From assembly GCA_964512235.1 (NCBI GenBank), contig CAZEGD010000003.1:101-64100 (forward strand): DNA of 64,000 nucleotides, read 5' to 3'. Below the pieces are notes generated by a model that made no database searches, had not been told where the DNA came from, and worked only from the letters and a program-made list of their open reading frames with translations. The number at the start of each line of letters is the position of its first letter. Positions within the stretch are counted from its first letter, which is position 1. Source of the stretch: an uncultured archaeon. Its GTDB lineage: Archaea > Aenigmatarchaeota > Aenigmatarchaeia > CG10238-14 > SCSR01. This document shows, piece after piece, positions 57,355-64,000 of this stretch. Position numbers and translations under genes: made by a program.

Positions 57355-57473
57355 ATATCATTCTGAATGAAAAGAAATAAATCAATCCCAATCCTTTATA
57401 ATTTTAGCTATTAAACATATTTTATATGCTTTATTGGCGAACAATAATACAAACAATTTTGTTGGGTGATAGG

Positions 57474-58442
57474 TTGAAACAATCTGAAACAGTTTCATTA
57501 TATAGAAGAATTGTTTCACAGAAAGCTGTAACTGTTTCACTCATTGTGTCGTTTCTTTTATCGGTTCTCCTCATCAACTCTACAGTACTTGCCCAAATAC
57601 AGTATTATGAGATAAATACAGAATTATCAGAGAGTGGTGTAAGTACAGTAAGGATGGTCATAACGTTTGCCGAGCCGGAGACGGAGTTTTCATTCAATAT
57701 AATAGGAAGAGTGGAAAATTTTACTGCAGAGAGCATAGCTGGCCCAGTCGATTGTGAAGTGGACGTTACTGGAATAAGTTCAATAGATTGTAAACTCAAT
57801 TTGACAAAGGAGAAAAGGGAAGTGAAAATATGTTTCTTAACACCAGATTTTGTCAGAATATTGGAGGATAAAATTTTCTTTTCAGGTGATTTCACTTTGA
57901 ACAAGAATATAAATAGTATATCTGCATCGCTAAAGCTCCCCATAAACGCATTCTTAGTCGGTGAGAATGTTACTGCAAGTATGCTTTCATTTCCAGATAG
58001 TGTTTCTGTATTTATTGCAGAAGATGGAAGAGTACTTGTCAACTGGCGCCTAGTAAATATAGAGAAGGATCAATCATTGAGATTTGAAGCTTTATATCAA
58101 CATATACAAGAACCATTTTGGTTTGGACTTAGAATCAGGCACTTCATCTTTCTTGGCGTGGCATTTGCAGTTGTTTTTGGATTCATAGTTTTCAGATATT
58201 TTAGAAAATCCGAGAAATTAGTGCTTTCCGTCCTTGACGAGTATGAACGCCAAATAGTAAACATACTGCTCACCGAAGATAGGATAAAACAGAAGAAAAT
58301 AGTAGATATGACAAGATTGTCAAAAGCAAAAGTCAGTAGAGTTATCAAAAGTTTAGCCGAGCGCGGTCTAGTAGAAGTGGAACGTAGAGGCAGGACAAAC
58401 TTACTAAAATTGAAGAAGAAAAAATTGAGTGGTGAATTCTGA
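57474..58442 (+). CDS. Membrane-anchored winged-helix transcriptional regulator
   Basis: Signal/TM, ectodomain, second TM, then VLDEYERQIVNILLTEDRIKQKKIVDMTRLSKAKVSRVIKSLAERGLVEVERRGRTN. Start (57426 ATG or 57474 TTG) uncertain. Confidence 0.7.
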   Translation: MKQSETVSLYRRIVSQKAVTVSLIVSFLLSVLLINSTVLAQIQYYEINTELSESGVSTVRMVITFAEPETEFSFNIIGRVENFTAESIAGPVDCEVDVTGISSIDCKLNLTKEKREVKICFLTPDFVRILEDKIFFSGDFTLNKNINSISASLKLPINAFLVGENVTASMLSFPDSVSVFIAEDGRVLVNWRLVNIEKDQSLRFEALYQHIQEPFWFGLRIRHFIFLGVAFAVVFGFIVFRYFRKSEKLVLSVLDEYERQIVNILLTEDRIKQKKIVDMTRLSKAKVSRVIKSLAERGLVEVERRGRTNLLKLKKKKLSGEF

Positions 58443-58448
58443 GTTTAA

Positions 58449-58814
58449 TTAACTTCTCATCAGGAGAAAGACACCACCGACTATTATTAACATGGCTATC
58501 CATCTCGTAGCAGATACGCTTTCGTTAAAAAAGAATATTGCAAGAAATGCCGTCAGCACGTACGCAAGGGATATGAATGGATAGACAAAACTTACATCTC
58601 CCATGGACAGGACAACTAGCCAAAAGACAGTTGAAATCACATAAAGCGATAGTCCTAAAAACACATTAGGATTGAAAAATGTTGTAAAGAACTTTGTCGA
58701 TAATATTTCGTTGAATTTAAGTCCACCAACTTCATTCAACCCTTTCTTAATATATACCTGGCCAAAACTTCCCAGTGTTACGCAGACCAAAACCAATGCA
58801 AGAAAAGTGAACAT
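58449..58814 (-). CDS. EamA/SMR-like small transporter
   Basis: MFTFLALVLVCVTLGSFGQVYIKKGLN..., preceded by GGAGGTAAAAAG Shine-Dalgarno; trimmed from 58880. Confidence 0.75.
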   Translation of the reverse strand: MFTFLALVLVCVTLGSFGQVYIKKGLNEVGGLKFNEILSTKFFTTFFNPNVFLGLSLYVISTVFWLVVLSMGDVSFVYPFISLAYVLTAFLAIFFFNESVSATRWIAMLIIVGGVFLLMRS

Positions 58815-58937
58815 CTTTTTACCTCCAAACTTTTTTAATTTTATAACACTGAACTTATCAAATAATCTTTTTTTAACCATTTAAATCAATAAGATTAATT
58901 GAGAACGTAAATTAATAAATTTTTAAGTGCTCACTTT

Positions 58938-58953
58938 CTGAGCAATTGCTCAG
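58938..58953. promoter_or_regulatory. Palindrome CTGAGCAATTGCTCAG in the long leader of the S-layer gene
   Basis: Perfect 16-nt palindrome adjacent to TATA-like atttttaag; additional half-site TGCTCA at 58928. Confidence 0.6.
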
Positions 58954-59300
58954 TCAAAAAATGACAGAAATCATGCAAAAACAGTATTTCTTATTTCTTC
59001 CAATATTTGAGCATAACGGGATTAAAATAGACCTTATTCCAGCAAGATAGAGTCTATATCCCTTTTAGGAACAATTATAAAGTTTATAACTATACATTTG
59101 ACTAATTTTAAGACTTTGATTAGATAGCTCTAAACAGCTGTAAATTGTTTCATTCAATGTATAAGTATCATGTAAAACGAATTTTTTTCTAGAAAACCCA
59201 AGCACTACAGAGTATAGAGTGCATTATCTATTGCATGTACAACAATAGATATTGTAGTCTGGCTTTGTGGTGAGTTAAAAAGGATAAAAGGAAATAAAAA

Positions 59301-61601
59301 ATGAAAAAGCTAATCGCAGGATTTATAACTGCGCTAATGGCTCTACTAACTGTAGCGGCTCCGACATTGGCGGCTTCAGCACTGGGAGACTATCCTGGTT
59401 TGCTTGCAGCAACCGATGGAACATTGGACGCTTACGTGGTAGTTGGTACAGGCGGTACCGATCCAGCTGGTCTGGCTTCAGATATCGCAGGTGCTATTAA
59501 CATAGCCGTTAGATTAGCTGAAGTTGGAAAGACGTCAACAAGTGTATCGTGTGAAGGCGTAAGTGGCGCCGTAACAGGAACAGAAAAAGACACATGTCTA
59601 TTAACAACGCCTCTTTCACAAACAGGATGTTTGCCGGCAAGTGGTGTGTTAAAGAATGCACATTACTCAGGTCTGGCAGATACTACCTATGCATGGCGTA
59701 CAGACGACTATGACTTTCGTGAGCAGGTAAATGTGGCTGGTGTAGCACTGAGCCATGATTTGGCTGTCAGTAACGTTAATGGTACTGAAACGATGGTTGT
59801 AGAGACTGGCGACATAATATATCAATGGGTGGTCGAAGAGACACTCAAGGGTACAGGTAGCATAGCCGATCCTAACTATACATATCCAGTAAATATTGAG
59901 ATGCTTGGTGAAGCGTTCTCGATAGTCGGTACTGGAAGTACTAGTGTAAAGATGCTTACAGGATCTATTGGAACAGCGACAGCAACATCAGGCATAACAT
60001 ATGGTGATTACACCGCGTATTCAGATCTAGGTAGCGATGCTGCTTGGGCGAGAGTACAGATTAAGGATGCTGCCGATAACACAGTCGACACTCTGATAAT
60101 CAACGATGGAGAGAGTAAAAGCTCGACTGCAACAGGTTTGACTGTGCAAGTCACACAAACCAGGGCTTTGACAGATGGAACCATTGTGGGTGCAGATTTG
60201 GTTGTTGGTCCATCCACACAAGGTGTAGTCAAGACATACGATGTTACAGCCGATGTAACTTCAACAGGTACATCAAGCGACAGATTCCCAGGAGAGACTA
60301 ACTGGGGAGTTCAGGTTGAATCAGGAGACTTCGGAACCGATGGTCAACTAGTCGCAACTGACATAATTGAGGTAATCTACAAACCTAGCTCTACACAGTA
60401 CATAAAAGCTGGTGGAAAGGTTACCCTACCAAACGATTACGCAGACCTAGGATTCGAAGGTTTCAACACTAACAAGTTCGCAACAATAACCATTCAGCCA
60501 TTGAGTGGTACTGTATCTGCTTACAATTACAGTGCAGACACCCAAGCTTTCGGTAGCTTGAGTGGATTCGAGATAATCAGTGACGTTGGAGGCACAATAA
60601 TAAGTCAGGTAAACTCAAACGCATTTACCAAGGCTTATATATTGTACAACTACTCCACTCCAGACGAGTATCCAGTGATGATTGGTTTCTACGATTCCAG
60701 TAAACAGAAGATTATGGTAAACGGTAGTATCATAGAACCAGGTGTAGCAGCCGATACAACCGAATATGTTACCAAGAGGTTGAACGCAAGTAGTGGAGAT
60801 AATGTTACCTACGAATTCACACTATGTTACAGTAATTCATGTGAAGACAATCACTATCTGACTGTGGTCTTGAACGGATCAAATCTGATGTCGTTGATGC
60901 AACTAGGAAACTCATCAGCAAAGACAAGCGTCAATGTATCATACACAAACAAGACTGCTCCGGGAACATCAAATGCAGCAGAGTTCAAATTGGGTATTAC
61001 TGCAGCATCTGCTGAGACTACAGAAGTTGTAGCAACAACTGCAGGTACGGCAAGGAATGCAGGTAAACAATCTGGAGACGTGGTAGACGATACAGGAATA
61101 ATACTAGTGAGTACAGCGACATATGGAGGATCTGACAAAGTAGTGGTAAAAGTACCATTCAAGGCTCTGAGAACAAAGATTTACTTCGGTAAACTTGGTA
61201 CGGGAGTCACAGGAGATACAGTTTCATACGATAGCTATCCGTCAATTCCATTGACATCTGCTGTAGCTAAACTTGACAGCGAGGTCGGAACTACTGAGAA
61301 GGCGAAAAACCTCATCTCAATTGGTGGATCTTGTGTCAACAGCGTCACGGCAGACGCTCTTGGATTGACATATCCGACTTGCGGTGCAGCATCAACTATC
61401 CCAGAAGACAAAGGTCTCATTAAGGTAGTCGATGACATATTCACGACCGGAAAGGTTGTGGTAGTAGTCGCAGGTTGGGAGGCAGCTAACACAAGAACAG
61501 CAGCAAGCGTATTGCAACAGTACGATACACTATTGACTGGTCAGACTGCAGCATCAGTAGAAATAACTTCAGCTACAAGCGCAGGTATAACAGCGGTGTA
61601 A
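59301..61601 (+). CDS. S-layer protein (methanococcal-type-like)
   Basis: MKKLIAGFITALMALLTVAAPTLAASALGDYPGLLAATDGTLDAYVVVG...; 766 aa, Thr/Ser/Gly rich, isolated strong-looking gene. Confidence 0.85.
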   Translation: MKKLIAGFITALMALLTVAAPTLAASALGDYPGLLAATDGTLDAYVVVGTGGTDPAGLASDIAGAINIAVRLAEVGKTSTSVSCEGVSGAVTGTEKDTCLLTTPLSQTGCLPASGVLKNAHYSGLADTTYAWRTDDYDFREQVNVAGVALSHDLAVSNVNGTETMVVETGDIIYQWVVEETLKGTGSIADPNYTYPVNIEMLGEAFSIVGTGSTSVKMLTGSIGTATATSGITYGDYTAYSDLGSDAAWARVQIKDAADNTVDTLIINDGESKSSTATGLTVQVTQTRALTDGTIVGADLVVGPSTQGVVKTYDVTADVTSTGTSSDRFPGETNWGVQVESGDFGTDGQLVATDIIEVIYKPSSTQYIKAGGKVTLPNDYADLGFEGFNTNKFATITIQPLSGTVSAYNYSADTQAFGSLSGFEIISDVGGTIISQVNSNAFTKAYILYNYSTPDEYPVMIGFYDSSKQKIMVNGSIIEPGVAADTTEYVTKRLNASSGDNVTYEFTLCYSNSCEDNHYLTVVLNGSNLMSLMQLGNSSAKTSVNVSYTNKTAPGTSNAAEFKLGITAASAETTEVVATTAGTARNAGKQSGDVVDDTGIILVSTATYGGSDKVVVKVPFKALRTKIYFGKLGTGVTGDTVSYDSYPSIPLTSAVAKLDSEVGTTEKAKNLISIGGSCVNSVTADALGLTYPTCGAASTIPEDKGLIKVVDDIFTTGKVVVVVAGWEAANTRTAASVLQQYDTLLTGQTAASVEITSATSAGITAV

Positions 61602-61710
61602 ACTGCTGTTGAATCTGGGTCATATTTGACCCCCTTTTCTTTTCTTTTACAATCTTAGCGCAAGCTACATCAAAGAAAGCTTTTAACTTTTCACACACAA
61701 TAATTCTAAT

Positions 61711-62316
61711 ATGGCTAGTAAAGATAGCGTGAAATTAAGACTAAAGTTCTCGCGCAATATGAAGATAGTACTGTTGATTTTTGCACTGGTTATTGTGGGA
61801 GGTCTAATTTATAGTGCGTATAATACTTACCTCTCTCCAAAACCGATAACTGCTTGGAACTATTATGGACAGACTTTAAATTTTCGCGCTGATTTAAGAG
61901 CCGCGGACAAAGTACCAGTATATCCGAGTGAGGATGCAGTCTATCTCGATCTCGTACACGGACTTGCAAAGAATGTGACGATTGTATACAAATACATAGA
62001 CGAGCCAGCAAGTGCAAATGCCTATTATACAGTACAAATCTTCCAAATCATACGAAACATACTTCCAGCATACGAACATGTGTGGAAATTTACACCTAGC
62101 TTCAATTTTACAGAGGTGGATTCATATGAGAACTTGCCAGGAAAGATACAGAACCCGATAATAGCAATAGTGCCGCCTCCTTACTCGGATGAAACTGCAA
62201 TAAGGACAGATTACCATGTCACCTATTTGAAAGCAAAGACGTACGAAGAATTGGATTTAGTCGTTACGAAGCTGTTGATGATTGCACTGAATATAGACTT
62301 GGAAGAGGCTATATAA
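61711..62316 (+). CDS. Hypothetical membrane-anchored protein
   Basis: 201 aa, N-terminal TM, extracytoplasmic domain. Confidence 0.6.
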   Translation: MASKDSVKLRLKFSRNMKIVLLIFALVIVGGLIYSAYNTYLSPKPITAWNYYGQTLNFRADLRAADKVPVYPSEDAVYLDLVHGLAKNVTIVYKYIDEPASANAYYTVQIFQIIRNILPAYEHVWKFTPSFNFTEVDSYENLPGKIQNPIIAIVPPPYSDETAIRTDYHVTYLKAKTYEELDLVVTKLLMIALNIDLEEAI

Positions 62317-62376
62317 ACCCAGCATTTTTATCCAAAGCATTTGAATATTTAAGTCGAATAATATTTTAGTGATTTT

Positions 62377-63609
62377 ATGATTAAGATACTATTTTTACTT
62401 TCCGTGACGTTTATAGGAATTTACCTAAATGTGTGGTTCCTACTGATAGTTCTTGGTAACAAGTCCAAGATTAGAGAAAAAAAGAAAGTAACAAGACTAC
62501 CTTCAATTTCGATATTGATTCCGGCTTATAATGAAGCTAAGACTTTATATAAAAGCTTGAATTCAGTACTCAAGCTAGACTATCCAAAGAACAAATTGGA
62601 AACGATAGTGATTGACAACGGTTCTACAGACGATACTCTAAAAGTTGCAAAAAAGTTCGCAAGATTCAAAGTGCGCACTTTCAGGCTAGCGGTACGTAGC
62701 AAGACAAAAGCTCTAAATCTAGGATTAAAACATGCAAAGGGTGAGTTAATAGGCGTGCTGGATGCGGACACATTCGTTACCAAAGGATGCCTGAAAAAGA
62801 TGATAGGACACCTTGATGATGACCGTGTCGGAGCAGTAACAAACCATGTAAAAGTTGCATCCCCACACAAGCTACTACCATCCATACAAGAGATAGAATA
62901 TATATTCTCGGCTTTCAGTAAAAAACTGATAAGCCTGATAGGCGCATTGTACATTGTGCCAGGTACGTTGTCTTTGATTAGAAAAGACATTATAGAAAAG
63001 ACAGGCTTTTCTGAAGATACTATAACGGAAGATATGGATATTGCACTCTGTATGTTGAAGAAAGATTATAAAATTGTGAATGCTATCGATGCAATTAGCT
63101 ATACTGAAGTACCAACATCGTTCAGAGGATTGCTCAGGCAGAGGGTGAGATGGTACAGGGGATTCCTACAGAACGTGAGGAAGCACTCAGATATGATTTT
63201 CAACAAAAGATATCCACATTTGGGATGTTTTATACTTCCCTTTTCAAGTTTCTTTGCAATATTTATCGGTGTAGTCCTTACGACTCTTCTAGTCTTTGGC
63301 ATGATTCGGAATGTTTTCTTTTTTGCAAAAGACATCCTTTATATGCCAGTTCTTGAAAAAATCGGTATGAGCATAGGTAATATATCTTTGGTAAATTTCA
63401 TCATGGAACCTTACTCTACGATAACTTATGTTATAATAATCTTGGGATCGTTTATAACACTACTTATATCATTCAGATATTTGAAAATCAAGTTAAAGAA
63501 AAGGCTTATAATCTTGCCACTCTATTTCTTTATTTACTATAACCTCATAATGCTGTTTTGGATAGTTTCAGCCTTCTTGGAATTAATAGGATGGAAGAGA
63601 GAGTGGTGA
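62377..63609 (+). CDS. Family 2 glycosyltransferase with TM segments
   Basis: SISILIPAYNEAKTLYKSLNSVLKLD...VIDNGSTDD...GVLDADTFV...RQRVRWYRGFLQN. Confidence 0.9.
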   Translation: MIKILFLLSVTFIGIYLNVWFLLIVLGNKSKIREKKKVTRLPSISILIPAYNEAKTLYKSLNSVLKLDYPKNKLETIVIDNGSTDDTLKVAKKFARFKVRTFRLAVRSKTKALNLGLKHAKGELIGVLDADTFVTKGCLKKMIGHLDDDRVGAVTNHVKVASPHKLLPSIQEIEYIFSAFSKKLISLIGALYIVPGTLSLIRKDIIEKTGFSEDTITEDMDIALCMLKKDYKIVNAIDAISYTEVPTSFRGLLRQRVRWYRGFLQNVRKHSDMIFNKRYPHLGCFILPFSSFFAIFIGVVLTTLLVFGMIRNVFFFAKDILYMPVLEKIGMSIGNISLVNFIMEPYSTITYVIIILGSFITLLISFRYLKIKLKKRLIILPLYFFIYYNLIMLFWIVSAFLELIGWKREW

Positions 63610-63615
63610 AAAATA

Positions 63616-64000
63616 ATGGCCAAGCGTACAAAAAGTGAGAGCACAAATGGCATAAGTCTATATGTGAAGACTTTCATCATTTCAGTGGCGATTTTTTCAT
63701 TCGGACTCATAGTCGGTCTATTCATAGAGAACTTTTTTGTATCCGACCTCTCTGCACGCGCGAGGATAATAGAGAATTCAGTGCGAGAGATAGAGCTTGA
63801 GATGCTTTATTTCCAAGAATTAACAGATACTGAGTCGTGTGGTGCTTTAAATGAAATAGTGAGGACGACGAACAATAACTTGGATACTCTTGCAGGTGAG
63901 CTTACACAATACTCGGAAAAGAATGTGTTATTTACGGGTAGTGAGATAAAAAACGTGAAGACGACATACACATCAATGCTGATAAAAGACTGGTTGTTAC
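63616..64000 (+). CDS. Membrane-anchored hypothetical protein (truncated by window edge)
   Basis: MAKRTKSESTNGISLYVKTFIISVAIFSFGLIVGLFIENFFV...; open at window end. Confidence 0.6.
   Translation, partial: MAKRTKSESTNGISLYVKTFIISVAIFSFGLIVGLFIENFFVSDLSARARIIENSVREIELEMLYFQELTDTESCGALNEIVRTTNNNLDTLAGELTQYSEKNVLFTGSEIKNVKTTYTSMLIKDWLL

Noticed and set aside
1-64000. CRISPR arrays, cas genes, transposases, rRNA genes
   Set aside because: None detected by reading the sequence and ORF track; no regularly spaced direct repeats were seen.

Overview
Chromosomal window from an archaeon, most likely DPANN-like (inferred from gene content, not phylogeny). Housekeeping and informational genes include Topo VI A/B, aIF1A, an NMD3-like protein, S17e, Alba, a Trm5-like methyltransferase, TYW1, DphB, EndA and SRP RNA. 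An AMP-to-RuBisCO module is present (AMP phosphorylase, type III-like RuBisCO, ribose-1,5-bisphosphate isomerase), along with an EndoQ-like PHP nuclease and a probable S-layer protein. There are eight tRNA genes; four look intron-containing, one of them with a 14-nt intron at a non-canonical position. The most notable feature is a ~23 kb locus (5.6-28.8 kb) that looks like an elaborate type IV pilus/archaellum-related surface machine. It has a secretion ATPase, a TadC/ArlJ-like platform protein, about eleven small or large proteins sharing class-III-signal-peptide-like N-termini, a 1139-aa Cys/Thr-rich protein, seven related polytopic membrane proteins, coiled-coil accessory proteins and a 685-aa zinc-ribbon membrane protein. 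Other observations are a 562-bp segment carrying a dual-specificity-phosphatase-like gene flanked by a 16-nt direct repeat of the tRNA-Val 3' end, a near-identical core shared by the tRNA-Trp and tRNA-Leu introns, shared palindromic elements upstream of the S-layer and AMMECR1-side genes, and an M50-like protein whose metal-binding motifs are degenerate.
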